64,000 bases of DNA. It comes from an uncultured Anaerolineales bacterium (lineage in GTDB: Bacteria > Chloroflexota > Anaerolineae > CG2-30-64-16). A model generated the notes under the pieces. That model saw only the letters and a program-made list of their open reading frames with translations, was not told the origin of the DNA and made no database searches. Of this stretch, positions 1-9,749 are shown one piece after another. Position 1 is the stretch's first letter, and each line of letters begins with the position of its first letter. The stretch lies in assembly GCA_964387985.1 (NCBI GenBank), contig CAYLZG010000001.1, positions 438 to 64,437 on the forward strand. Direction: 5' to 3'. The position numbers were made by a program, and so were the translations under genes.

Positions 1-2235
1 GTCGCCAACCCTGGTTTTTCGGCTGCGCTCGTGTCGCTGGGCGGGCCCATCGGGAACGGATTGGGCAACTCGGGCGATGTGGTCTCCCTGGTAGACGGGA
101 GCGGAGGAATCATCGACGCGATGAGCTATGGCTCCGATGCCAGTGCATTCGATCCGCCTTGCCCCGACGTGAACGAAGGCCAGTCACTGGCGCGCCAACC
201 GGTGGATGCGGATAGCAACAGCGCGGCCGACTGGGTGACGGGCACGCCCACGCCGGGAGGAGCATCCGAGCCACCGCCTCCAGCCACCGGCACGCCCACA
301 TGGACCTTCACGCCGCCTGCCACTCCTATCTGCATGACTCGGCCGCCGCCTGCCACTCCCAGCAGCCAACCTACGGCGACACCGTCCACCACCGCAACGC
401 CACCGCCGACCTCAACTTCGGCGCCCTCGCCCACGCCGACCAGCGGCGACACGCCTGTCCCCACGCCCACCGAACAGGCAACCGGCACCCCGACGCCCAC
501 CATCACACCTGCCGCCACGCTCACCAACACGCAGGCCCCTACCGCGACATCGACTGTCCCGGGCGGATGGCCCAGGCTGCTGCTTTCCGAGGTGCTTTAC
601 GATGCGGTGCAGGGAGGAACAGACAGCGAATACGAATGGGTCGAGGTCCACAACCCGACGACAGCCACCGTGGCGCTGGCCGGTTGGTGGATCGAGGATA
701 ACGCCGGCCAGGATGAGCTGCCGTCATTCGAATTGGCGCCGGGCGAATTCGCGGTGATCGCAGCGAGGGCGACCATGTTCATCGAAGAGCATCCTGCCTT
801 CTCCGGCAAGCTGGTTGGCTTGAAGGGAACCATCGGCAATGGGCTCAGCAACAGCGGCGATGCCGTCCGGCTGCTGGCGCCCGACAGCAGCGTGATCGAT
901 GCGATGAGCTACGGGACGAACAACGACATCTTCGATCCGCCCTGCAGCGCCGTCGATCCAGGCCAATCTCTCGCCCGGATCGACGGCGTTCCGGATAGCG
1001 ACACGGCCCTGGACTGGCAGGTGCAGGTGACACCCAATCCGGGAGAGCCTGCGATCCCTGCTACACCTACCCCAACACCTACCCCATCCGCGACGCCGAC
1101 CCTGGGAACGCCGACAACGCCCACGGCAACAACAACTGCAACCGCGACATCAACTCTCCCGCCGCCTCAGATGCTCCAGATCACCTTGAACGAAGCCCTT
1201 CCCGATCCTGAGCGGGTCGACTGGGATGGCGACGGCGAGGCCAACTTCATGGATGAGTGGATCGAGCTGTACAGCGCTGCAGATCTGCCCGCGGCACTGG
1301 ATGGCTGGAGCATCTCGGATGATAGCGGCACATACAGGATTCCTGCGGGCACGGTCATCTGGCCGCACGGATACCTCCTTTTGTATCGAACGCAGACACG
1401 CTTATCGCTCGGAGATTGGCGCGACACCATCACCTTGACACGAAGCGACGGGTCGGCGGCAGATCAGTTCGCCTACAATGGAGGCCCCGGCAATGATCGC
1501 AGTTACTGCCGCGACGAAGACGGTTGGGGCTCATGGACAAGCGACTGCGAGGTCACCCCGGGGGCCGCGAACCGGCGGCGGCCGGACTCGCCACCAACCC
1601 AGACAAGCTACGCTGCGCCCACCGCGACGGTCCCCCAAACCGTTGCTGCTGCCCGCATGGCACCCGAGGACACGCGCGCAACCATCACAGGTGTCATCAC
1701 GCTGCCGCCAGGGCTCATTGCAAGGACGATCTATGTGCAGGACGCGACGGGAGGCATCAAGATCTACCTGCGATCCGGCGAATATGGTGACCTGGTCCTG
1801 GGCGACCAGGTGCGGGTGACGGGCTGGACGCGCCAATTCTACGGCGAGACAGAGTTATCCGTCCCGGATCCAGCCTACGTGACGTACCTCGGGCCCGGCA
1901 CACCGGTCTCTCCGCTGCCCATAACTTCAGCCGGCCTCACCGAGGCAAACGAAGGCCGCCTGGTGCAGGTAGTTGGATCTGTCGTCAAGTTCGAGCCCCA
2001 GGCGCTGGTTTTCGGGGACAGGAGCGGCGCCATCCGCATCTACTTTCCGGAGAGCTTGCCCTGGCGACGACCTTATGTCAATATCGGAGAGCTGTGGGCC
2101 GCGCAAGGTGTGCTGGCGCAGCACAGCGGGGAGAAGGTGACCGGCAGCGGCTACCAGATCATCCCCCGCTTCCGGTCGGATGTGGTCAGTGGGCCGGCCT
2201 TTCTGCCAGTGACGGGCGCGCGAACAGGCCCCTGA
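1..2235 (+). CDS. Secreted multidomain protein, 5'-partial: lamin-tail-domain (LTD)-like modules separated by Pro/Thr-rich linkers, with a C-terminal OB-fold-like module
   Basis: Frame 1 is open from base 1, so the gene runs off the window. One partial and two complete LTD-like modules (GNGLGNSGDVVSLVD...IDAMSYGSD; EWVEVHNPT...GNGLSNSGDAVRLL...IDAMSYGTN; EWIELYS...ITLTRSDGSAADQFAY). Long P/T/A linkers. The C-terminal TITGVITLPPG...IYVQDATGGIKIYL...GDQVRVTGW..YGETEL resembles the OB module of ExeM/NucH-type extracellular nucleases. Confidence 0.7.
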   Translation, partial: VANPGFSAALVSLGGPIGNGLGNSGDVVSLVDGSGGIIDAMSYGSDASAFDPPCPDVNEGQSLARQPVDADSNSAADWVTGTPTPGGASEPPPPATGTPTWTFTPPATPICMTRPPPATPSSQPTATPSTTATPPPTSTSAPSPTPTSGDTPVPTPTEQATGTPTPTITPAATLTNTQAPTATSTVPGGWPRLLLSEVLYDAVQGGTDSEYEWVEVHNPTTATVALAGWWIEDNAGQDELPSFELAPGEFAVIAARATMFIEEHPAFSGKLVGLKGTIGNGLSNSGDAVRLLAPDSSVIDAMSYGTNNDIFDPPCSAVDPGQSLARIDGVPDSDTALDWQVQVTPNPGEPAIPATPTPTPTPSATPTLGTPTTPTATTTATATSTLPPPQMLQITLNEALPDPERVDWDGDGEANFMDEWIELYSAADLPAALDGWSISDDSGTYRIPAGTVIWPHGYLLLYRTQTRLSLGDWRDTITLTRSDGSAADQFAYNGGPGNDRSYCRDEDGWGSWTSDCEVTPGAANRRRPDSPPTQTSYAAPTATVPQTVAAARMAPEDTRATITGVITLPPGLIARTIYVQDATGGIKIYLRSGEYGDLVLGDQVRVTGWTRQFYGETELSVPDPAYVTYLGPGTPVSPLPITSAGLTEANEGRLVQVVGSVVKFEPQALVFGDRSGAIRIYFPESLPWRRPYVNIGELWAAQGVLAQHSGEKVTGSGYQIIPRFRSDVVSGPAFLPVTGARTGP

Positions 2236-2240
2236 TCGCT

Positions 2241-5200
2241 TCAGGCGGCGCCAGGCACATCCAGAAAAGCCCTCGCCGCCACCAGGTCGGGAGCATCAAA
2301 GCCCTCGGTGAACCAGCCAACGATCTCGGCCAGTCGCCTTCTCGCCTCAACCTTCACGTCCGATCGCTGGGAGAGGCGAGCGCGGCTCAGAGCGGCGCGC
2401 AATTCCAGCGATCGTGATCCTTGCCGGCGGGCGAGGGAGAGGGATCGCTGGAAACAGGCCTCGGCATCGCCAGAGCCCTGGCGCGCCAGCAGCTCGCCCT
2501 TGACTCGATATATCTCCGGCGCCCATTCCAGTTCGCCCAGTCGGTGTGCTTTCTCCAGCAGTTCAGTAACCATTGCCAGGCCTTCTACCAGCTCGCCGCC
2601 CAGCCCAAGACCCTCGGCAAGGATGGTTGCATAGCGCAACTGGATCATCTCTGCTTGCAGCGTCGCCTCGAAGCCCTGGCGCAGATCGGCCAGGCCCTGC
2701 TGTATCTGCCCCAGCGAGAACAATGCCCAGCCCCGGTAAAGGGTCCCAACCGCCACCCACTGTCCAAACCCGTGCATCTGGCTGTACGCGATCGTTCGCT
2801 CTGCAAATCCCAGGGTCGTCTCCGCATCACGCATGCGCTGGTACAAGCCCGTAGTGAAGATCAGGGCATAGGCGATGGTAGCAGTGTGCTGGTGCTCCTC
2901 AGCACGCGCCAACGCCTCATTCATCCGGGCCCGGGCTTGATCGGCGTAGCCTAAGTACCACAAGACCTGCGCCTCATTGGCCGGACAACTGACCCCAGGA
3001 TCCTGGCCATAGAGGTGGGCATAAGAGCGATGCCGGTCGGCATCGTAGAGCTGCCCACCTCTGGCCAGGTACTTCTGCGCCCGTCTCATCCTGCCGGTCC
3101 GGTAGAGCGTGCAGCCCAGGGCCTCGCAAGTCTGCATCACAAGCGAAGTCTCCCCCATCTTCTGCGCGATCTGCAGGCACTCCTGGGCGAGGGCAAGGCT
3201 GGCAAGGGCATCGCCGCGCACCAGGTGCAAGCGCCACAGGCCCCACAGACCACGAAACAGTCGGGGCAGATCGTTCAGTTCACGGCAAAGCTGGTTCGAT
3301 CGCAGAAGTGCATCTTGCACGGGCAATGCAGTGTGCCTGTCAGCCATGGCGAGGGCCGTGGCGAGCCCCATTTGCAGATCCACTTCCAATGACCTGTGTT
3401 GGCCAGCAGCCGGAAGCTGGCCGAGCATCGCCAGGCCCCAGCGATAATAGGCGACCGCCTCTTCATTGGCCGACATCTGTAACGCGCGATCTCCGGCCAG
3501 GCAGGCGTATGGCATGGCCTGTTCGAGCAGATCCGCGCGCTCGAAGTGCTTCGCCAGCTGCCCCGCCACCACAGCAACCTGCTGTGGCTGATCCTGTGTC
3601 CGGGCTTGCAGCGAACGCGCGACTGACTCGTGTAAATGTCGACGCTCAGCAGCATCCAGGCCTTGATAGAGATACCTCTGAAACAGGATGTGCCGGAACC
3701 GGTAGTGCGAGAGATGCCGGCCGCCCACATTCTGGACGTCCACCGCCGTGACAAGTTGGTGTTGGCGACCCAACCCCTTGCTCAACTGGCGTATCAACTC
3801 GCCCACGTCGTGGCCCAGCACATCCGCGACTACCTCGGCCGTAAACTCCTCCCCCTCAACACCCGCTACCTCAAGGACAGCTCGCTGCGCTGGCGGCAGG
3901 CGGTCCATCCTTTCGCCGATCACCGCCTCCAGGCGAGACGGCAGGCCGTCCCAGTTCAGGGCAGGCCCTTCTCGCCAGCAGCCGGCAGCATCCTGAACAA
4001 GACCCTTGCGCTCCCGCATCGTCCGCACCAGCTCGACGGTGAAAAGAGGGTGGCCGTCGCTCAGGCGATGCAGTCTCTTCCGAAAGACCTCGCCGAGCGC
4101 GTTCGGCTCAAGATCGAGGTAGGCATCCACAAAGGGGCGGCTCTCGGCCCGGTCGAGATCGATATGCGATGCATCAAAGCGAGCCTGCAACTCGCGGAGT
4201 ACTTTTTCGAGAGGATGGCGCTCGCCGTTACGGCTCACTGCGACCTCTTCAGGCCGGTAGGTGCCGACGATCAGCAACGGATAACCGGAAAGTCGCTGCC
4301 CGAGGTGAAAAAGCATGGCGCTCGACGCCCGGTCCACCCAGTGCAGGTCATCGATCCACAGTAACAGGGGATTGCGGCATGCAAGCGCCTGCAGAACTCT
4401 CGTGAGTTGATCGAAGAGGGCCCTCTGCCCCGGCGCGGAGGTCCTGGCGTGCGCGAGCGTCTCAAGCTGCTGGCGCCAACGTTGCCCGCCAGGAAGAAGC
4501 GATACGCGAGCCGCCAATCCCTGGCCCGGAATCAGTGTCCCGGCCAGGTCCGGCCCGCAGGCAAGCAGGGCCTCCACAGCATCACCGAACACGGACCACA
4601 GGCGCGCCACGCGGTCCGGACCGATCGCACCCGCAATCCACTGCGCCTCAAGATCGCCAGTGATCTGGGCCAGGATCTCGTGGAATGGGAACAGGGCGTC
4701 GCCGACACCATCGTGACTACTGCAGGCGCCGCCGACCGCCACCAACCGAGCATGCTTTGTCTGCGCACGGGCGGCAAACGCCCTCAGGAGAACCGTTTTG
4801 CCTCGCCCTGCTTCGCCGGCCACGAAGACTACATTGCCCTGGCCAGATAGGGCGCGGTCCAGACGAGCATCCAGGAATGCCAGTTCACCTTCACGAGCCA
4901 GGCAGAGGGGTTCGAGCTGTGGAACGGCCGATGGCTCGGTGAGGAAGGCCGGCAACGTAACTGGCATGCCAGACCCGGCTGTTGGTCCGAACACAGTGCC
5001 CTCACCGCGACCGGTGGCATCCCTTGGGTAACGGCCGGCCTTGATTCGCTCATAGAGCTCGGTCATCTCTCGAGACGGGGTCGCGCCCAGCTCGGCTGAA
5101 AGCTGAGCGCGATAGCGAAGGTACTGAGTCAACGCTCCGTTGCTGTCTCCGCTGTTAGCTAACAATCGCACGAGTTGAAGATGACTCTCTTCCAAAAGAG

Positions 5201-5801
5201 GATCCAACTCAAGGCTCCGCCGGGCGTAGCGCTGCGCACTGGAGCTATTGCTGCGTCGTTCGTGCCACCTCGACAGAAAACAGGTTGCCTCGACGACCTT
5301 TCGACGCAGCTGCTCGCGGGTCAGCAACTGCCACTCCTCGAAGGCCGGGCAGCCGTCCAGGTAAAATCCCTCCATGAAATCGCCCCGGTAGAGCGCAACT
5401 GCCTCCTCCAGCCGCCTTGTGGTCTCCGGGGCTGCATCAATCTGCGTACGCTGGGGCAGGATTGAAAGAGTGTCCACTAATGTGGCTACATCCAGCCAGA
5501 AATCGCTCTCGCGATTGAACTGGATGGAATGCCGGTTGCTGATCAGGTAGGGTGAGGCGGTGGGCGCGGGCTCAAGAACCTGGCGCAGGTTTAGCAGAGC
5601 CTGGCGCAAGTAGGTGCGCGCCGCAGTCTCCGGCCAATCGGGCCAAAGCAGACCGGCCAGCTGCAGCCGCGTGTGGAGGCGGTCCTCTACTGCAAGATAG
5701 GCCAGTAATGCTCTGGTCTTGTTGGTTTCAAAGTGGGCGACGCGATTCTCGTTGAGTTGGGCTCGAAACGTACCGAGCAGATAGAGAGAAAACCCGGGCA
5801 T
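2241..5801 (-). CDS. AfsR-like regulator: SARP/BTAD DNA-binding domain + AAA/STAND-type ATPase + TPR repeats
   Basis: The N-terminus LLGTFRAQLNENRVAHFETNKTRALLAYLAV...YLRQALLNLRQVL is a winged helix. The BTAD-like segment is ALYRGDFMEGFYLDGCPAFEEWQLLTREQLR. Walker A is VAGEAGRGKT and Walker B-like is LLLWIDDLHW. The long helical C-terminal half is TPR-like. Confidence 0.85.
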   Translation of the reverse strand: MPGFSLYLLGTFRAQLNENRVAHFETNKTRALLAYLAVEDRLHTRLQLAGLLWPDWPETAARTYLRQALLNLRQVLEPAPTASPYLISNRHSIQFNRESDFWLDVATLVDTLSILPQRTQIDAAPETTRRLEEAVALYRGDFMEGFYLDGCPAFEEWQLLTREQLRRKVVEATCFLSRWHERRSNSSSAQRYARRSLELDPLLEESHLQLVRLLANSGDSNGALTQYLRYRAQLSAELGATPSREMTELYERIKAGRYPRDATGRGEGTVFGPTAGSGMPVTLPAFLTEPSAVPQLEPLCLAREGELAFLDARLDRALSGQGNVVFVAGEAGRGKTVLLRAFAARAQTKHARLVAVGGACSSHDGVGDALFPFHEILAQITGDLEAQWIAGAIGPDRVARLWSVFGDAVEALLACGPDLAGTLIPGQGLAARVSLLPGGQRWRQQLETLAHARTSAPGQRALFDQLTRVLQALACRNPLLLWIDDLHWVDRASSAMLFHLGQRLSGYPLLIVGTYRPEEVAVSRNGERHPLEKVLRELQARFDASHIDLDRAESRPFVDAYLDLEPNALGEVFRKRLHRLSDGHPLFTVELVRTMRERKGLVQDAAGCWREGPALNWDGLPSRLEAVIGERMDRLPPAQRAVLEVAGVEGEEFTAEVVADVLGHDVGELIRQLSKGLGRQHQLVTAVDVQNVGGRHLSHYRFRHILFQRYLYQGLDAAERRHLHESVARSLQARTQDQPQQVAVVAGQLAKHFERADLLEQAMPYACLAGDRALQMSANEEAVAYYRWGLAMLGQLPAAGQHRSLEVDLQMGLATALAMADRHTALPVQDALLRSNQLCRELNDLPRLFRGLWGLWRLHLVRGDALASLALAQECLQIAQKMGETSLVMQTCEALGCTLYRTGRMRRAQKYLARGGQLYDADRHRSYAHLYGQDPGVSCPANEAQVLWYLGYADQARARMNEALARAEEHQHTATIAYALIFTTGLYQRMRDAETTLGFAERTIAYSQMHGFGQWVAVGTLYRGWALFSLGQIQQGLADLRQGFEATLQAEMIQLRYATILAEGLGLGGELVEGLAMVTELLEKAHRLGELEWAPEIYRVKGELLARQGSGDAEACFQRSLSLARRQGSRSLELRAALSRARLSQRSDVKVEARRRLAEIVGWFTEGFDAPDLVAARAFLDVPGAA

Positions 5802-5852
5802 GGTCTTGCAGCCTCTCTAACCGGCGCTCAACTACGATATTCCTACGCTAGG

Positions 5853-5861
5853 ATTATACCA
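5853..5861 (-). promoter_or_regulatory. Extended -10 promoter element (TGgTATAAT) for the SARP regulator
   Basis: The minus strand reads TGGTATAAT about 52 nt upstream of the ATG at 5801. GAGG lies 11 nt before the ATG. The -35 is poor (GGCAAT/GGGCAA). Confidence 0.45.
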
Positions 5862-5908
5862 TACGGCAGCATCTATTGCCCACATTCATATCACACAGGG
5901 AGGTCCTC

Positions 5909-6811
5909 GTGAAAAAGATTCTGAGACTGGTCTTCATGTTACTGCTGGTCGGACTCCTCGTCGCCACAACCGCGGGCGCCGCCGCTCCCGCGCCAGACAC
6001 TGACCCGGAAGGCGTAATCCGCGCCATCTTCGGCGCGTTGAACGCAGGCGATGTCAAACTGGCAACTTCGTACCTAGCAGAGGATGCGGTGCTCGTCCTG
6101 CTGCCGCCAGCCATCGCTGCGCCTGATCCCAACGTCATCCAGGGAAAGGAGGCCATCTCCAAGTGGTGGACCTTCCTCGTGTCGGACAAGAGCGGCTTCG
6201 ACGTCTCGGGCTTCGACGTTGAGGGAAACAAGGTCACCTGGAAGGCCGCAATGACGGGTGCGTTCTTCACTGCCCTTGGCCTTGCACCCCTGCAGGCCGA
6301 GGGCATGGGAGTCGTCGAAGATGGCCTGCTAAAATCGTATATCTGGAATGTATCCAGCGAATCCATGGCACGTTTGGCTGCTGCTGCAGCACTGGCAGCA
6401 AACAAGGAAGTGGCAAGCAATTGGCTTGTAGCGTGGGAAAAGGGAGACAAGAAGGGGATGGAAGCGCTGCTCGCCAAGGACTTTGTCAACCACACGCCGC
6501 CCCTGCCGGAGGACCGGGAAGGGTTCATTGGGGCGGGAGTTGCTAGTTTCGAGCAGTTCCCCACAGGCAAGTACACCATCCAGAGTCTCATGACAGAGGG
6601 CGACATGGTGTCGGTCTTTGGAACTTTCGAAGGCGACCACACCGGAAAACCGTTCGAGGGAATTCCGGCCACAGGTGCCAAGGCGAACTTCAACTTTGCG
6701 CTGCTCTTCCGCATAAAGGATGGGCAGATTGTGGAGCGTTGGGCAGCATCCGAGAGTGTCACCGGCATGCTGTTGCCCTTGGGGTACCAATTAGTGCCGC
6801 CTCAGAAGTAG
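5909..6811 (+). CDS. Secreted protein with tandem NTF2-like / SnoaL-type (ester cyclase-like) domains
   Basis: Start moved to the GTG at 5909 (GGGAGG 5 nt upstream), giving the signal peptide VKKILRLVFMLLLVGLLVATTAGAAA. The second half (FVNHTPPLPEDREGF...GDHTGKPFEGIPATGAKANFNFALLFRIKDGQIVERW) is a classic SnoaL/ester-cyclase pattern. The first half is NTF2-like. Confidence 0.75.
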   Translation: MKKILRLVFMLLLVGLLVATTAGAAAPAPDTDPEGVIRAIFGALNAGDVKLATSYLAEDAVLVLLPPAIAAPDPNVIQGKEAISKWWTFLVSDKSGFDVSGFDVEGNKVTWKAAMTGAFFTALGLAPLQAEGMGVVEDGLLKSYIWNVSSESMARLAAAAALAANKEVASNWLVAWEKGDKKGMEALLAKDFVNHTPPLPEDREGFIGAGVASFEQFPTGKYTIQSLMTEGDMVSVFGTFEGDHTGKPFEGIPATGAKANFNFALLFRIKDGQIVERWAASESVTGMLLPLGYQLVPPQK

Positions 6812-6822
6812 ACTTGCCCCGA

Positions 6823-6858
6823 GTGGTCCGGCGTGGAGGGCATGGCCCGCCGGACCAC
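6823..6858. terminator. 11-bp perfect inverted repeat between convergent genes (terminator-like)
   Basis: GTGGTCCGGCG (6823-6833), a 14-nt loop, then CGCCGGACCAC (6848-6858). A short CCGG hairpin followed by TTTCTCC comes after it on the plus strand. There is no clean U-tract directly after the main stem. Confidence 0.4.
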
Positions 6859-6884
6859 GAGCCGGCGGGCCGGTTTCTCCTGTC

Positions 6885-9746
6885 TCAGCGCCTCAGGTCA
6901 GCCAGGTTTCCGCCATCGCGCTTGATGACGACACACGTCACATCGTCGGCCGGCTCCGTGTCGTTGATGAAGCCCGCCAGTGCGCCGGTGATCGCCCACA
7001 AGATCTCCTGTGCACTGCCCCCGGCATTTGCCCTTATGACATCGAACAGGCGCTGCTCACCGAATTCCTCGCCGTCGGCATTGAGGGCATCGGTGACGCC
7101 ATCGGTGTAGAGCACCAGAGCATCACCCGGTGCGAGATCCACACGGTCATCCCGCAGGCTGATGTCCTCGAACGTGCCGAGGATGATCCCGCGCTGAGTC
7201 AGCTCGCTCAGCGTGCCACTGGCCGCCCGATAGAGCAAGGGCCGGGTGTGGCCCGCGTTGGTGTAGGCCACGCGGCCGGTGCCGGTTTCGATCACCAGGT
7301 AAACCGCGCTCAGGAACAGGTCGGCCTGGCTGTCGGCCAGGATCAGCTGGTTCGCGCGCATGAGTGCAGACGCCGGACCTCGTCCGGTAAAAGCAACGCT
7401 TCGTATGATCGTCCTGCTCAGGGCCATGAACAACGCAGCAGGCACACCCTTGTCAGCCACGTCCGCAATCACGACGCCAAGGCGGGCCGGCGGACCGGGC
7501 AGGTCGCAGAAGTCGTAAAAATCGCCTCCCACCGTGCGCGCGGCCTGATAGACGGCCTCGAACTGCCATCCTTGAATCTCCGGACACACCTTCGGCAGCA
7601 GGCTCAGCTGGATCTCCCGACCGACCGACAGCTCGGCCAGCTTTCGCGCCAACGCCTCATCCGTCCGACGCAGCAGCAGCATGTTGTGCACCGCGATCGC
7701 CACCTGATCGGCAAAACCAGAAAGAGTCCGCTTATGTTCGTCGGAAAGGCGCGCGCGGCCGGCCGCGTACCCCAACTCCAGCACACCGAGCTGTTCGCCC
7801 CCGGCTGCCAGGGGCAGAAACACGCGCACAAAGCGGTGGAGGCCGAAACGATCGAACAGGGCGCGATCTTGAGCATCTTCACCACCGCGCGTGGTAATCA
7901 TCCGGGCATTCGCCAGCGCAGTCACGGCAGGGTGTTGGCTGTTGAGAGGGAAGTGCGCCTGCGATTGCCATTCCTGGGTGACCACCTTGCCCACGCCGGC
8001 AGCCATATCGAGCTGGCGATGCCCATCATCCGTGAGATACAACACCCCGTAGTCGCACCCCAACGCCTCGGCGATCGTGTCCAGCACGCGCTCGACAGTC
8101 GGCTGCATGGCCTTGGCATCCAGCACGGCCTGTCCGATGGCGCGGTACGCCACGCGCGTGATCACGTTTTCCAGCGCACCCGCTGCATGCTGCAGATAAC
8201 GCAGCAGATCAGGCAGCTCCTCCGGCAATTCGTGAGGATCGCGATCCTGCACGTAATGCTCGACGGTCACCACACCCAGCGGGCGATTGGTCGAGGCAAG
8301 GCAAACCACGAGGCGCGCCTCATCTGTGCTGCCCCGGAGGGCATAGTTACCCAGGTTGAACGTTTGGGCCTCGACGCAGCCAGGGTCGCGCAGGTCGACA
8401 TGCGCAGGCTGCCCGTTTCCTGACGCCGGATGCACTTTCTGCAACTGCGCCGCCGCGGGAAGTGCGCGGTAAATGCTGATGTCCGACAGTCCGAAGCCCA
8501 GCCGGAGCCCATCAGCCAGCAGCCCATACGCCTGCTCCAACGAGTCGCTGGCATAGATCGACTGGACAATAGCCTCAAGAAGCTGAGGACGGGCCAGGTG
8601 GACACGCTGAGGCGCCAGGTAGGCAATGGCCTCCCGCCATCGCCCGGCGATGCGCAGCACATGACCGACCCGATCTGTGCTGAAGTGAGCGGCCAGCCCT
8701 CTCCGATATGCCTCGTTCAAGAAGGTGTAGCATCCGTCCGCCAGCAGGACAGCACCCGAAAGCTGCAGGCGATCTGCCCCGGTTCGCGTGGGCGCCTGGC
8801 GAGAATGGATGCGCGGCAGCGACCCGTTGTCCAGGAGGTGCAGGACATCCAGGATTGTGTCCGGATCCTCTTCGATCATCCGGATCGCGGCACGCACCGG
8901 CGGCGGCGGTCCGTGTGCCACCAGCGCTGCGCCAGCCCGTTCCACGATTGCTGACGTCACACGGTGATACCGGTGGAGACGGACCAATTCGGAAGCATCG
9001 GCACATAGGCGTGAGATCAGGTACCGGTCGCCGGCGGCCCATTTCAGGAGATATTCCATGCCGCGGGACGATGCCGAACACTCGTATGCCTCCAACGAGG
9101 CCTGCACCAGCGCGCGGCTTTGCTCCGCGGTTAGTGGCTCGGCGACCACAGGCTTGGCAATATTGAAGGGCGATGTAGGGCCGGTGGAGAGGCCCACCAG
9201 GTTAATGCCGCCTGCAACCACCGCCACCAGGCTGTGCGGCGCATCTGCTTCGCGCTCCATGTACGCCGCGCGCAGCGCAACAAGCAAGCTATGAACAAGA
9301 TCGTGCGGTAATGCCTGCAGGTGATCGATCAGCAGGGCGAGGTTGGTGTTGCTGCTGTTCGCGGTGAGGGCCAGGTAGCTCTGAAAGCTGCGTGCATCGG
9401 CGATTCCTTCGCCGCGGTCCGAGTGGATGGGCGGTGCGGCGTCGCCCAATTCGCTGTCGATCAAGTCGGCCAGGCTTGTGAAGAAGACCGCCTCATCGTT
9501 CGATCGGGTGCGCCACAGATCGACGTGTAACGGCCGGAAACGCCCGCTTTGCTTCAGTGCTTCGGCCACATCGCGCAACAAATAGCTCTTTTCGCTCATG
9601 GGTGGGCCCAACAGCGCGACACATTCGTCGTTCATCAGCCGGCGGACAACCGTGCGCACCCGCGCCTCATCACGCACCCGCACCCGCTTGAACGGCGATG
9701 CCTCTTCGTACGGAACCACGCGCCAGGGAGGCGCTCCTCTGGACAT
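6885..9746 (-). CDS. Degenerate P-loop NTPase module fused to two GAF-like domains and a SpoIIE/PP2C Ser/Thr phosphatase
   Basis: The C-terminus carries PP2C/SpoIIE motifs (GGDFYDF, VIADVADKGVPAALFM, LVLYTDGVTDA, DDVTCVVIKR). Two central GAF-like regions are present. The N-terminal ~270 aa are colinear with the NTPase core of the upstream gene, but Walker A reads GPPMSEKS and Walker B reads LLIDHLQ. The start is coupled to the upstream stop (TAG ctc ATG) with AAGAGGG 11 nt upstream. Confidence 0.8.
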   Translation of the reverse strand: MSRGAPPWRVVPYEEASPFKRVRVRDEARVRTVVRRLMNDECVALLGPPMSEKSYLLRDVAEALKQSGRFRPLHVDLWRTRSNDEAVFFTSLADLIDSELGDAAPPIHSDRGEGIADARSFQSYLALTANSSNTNLALLIDHLQALPHDLVHSLLVALRAAYMEREADAPHSLVAVVAGGINLVGLSTGPTSPFNIAKPVVAEPLTAEQSRALVQASLEAYECSASSRGMEYLLKWAAGDRYLISRLCADASELVRLHRYHRVTSAIVERAGAALVAHGPPPPVRAAIRMIEEDPDTILDVLHLLDNGSLPRIHSRQAPTRTGADRLQLSGAVLLADGCYTFLNEAYRRGLAAHFSTDRVGHVLRIAGRWREAIAYLAPQRVHLARPQLLEAIVQSIYASDSLEQAYGLLADGLRLGFGLSDISIYRALPAAAQLQKVHPASGNGQPAHVDLRDPGCVEAQTFNLGNYALRGSTDEARLVVCLASTNRPLGVVTVEHYVQDRDPHELPEELPDLLRYLQHAAGALENVITRVAYRAIGQAVLDAKAMQPTVERVLDTIAEALGCDYGVLYLTDDGHRQLDMAAGVGKVVTQEWQSQAHFPLNSQHPAVTALANARMITTRGGEDAQDRALFDRFGLHRFVRVFLPLAAGGEQLGVLELGYAAGRARLSDEHKRTLSGFADQVAIAVHNMLLLRRTDEALARKLAELSVGREIQLSLLPKVCPEIQGWQFEAVYQAARTVGGDFYDFCDLPGPPARLGVVIADVADKGVPAALFMALSRTIIRSVAFTGRGPASALMRANQLILADSQADLFLSAVYLVIETGTGRVAYTNAGHTRPLLYRAASGTLSELTQRGIILGTFEDISLRDDRVDLAPGDALVLYTDGVTDALNADGEEFGEQRLFDVIRANAGGSAQEILWAITGALAGFINDTEPADDVTCVVIKRDGGNLADLRR

Positions 9747-9749
9747 GAG

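Noticed and set aside
300-560. Repetitive ACC/CCG/GCC-rich DNA here and at 1060-1160, 25940-26110, 27730-27800 and 30180-30560, considered as a CRISPR or satellite array
   Set aside because: These are in-frame Pro/Thr/Ala linker-coding segments of surface proteins. There is no repeat-spacer periodicity. Only one short perfect tandem (25971-26012) exists.
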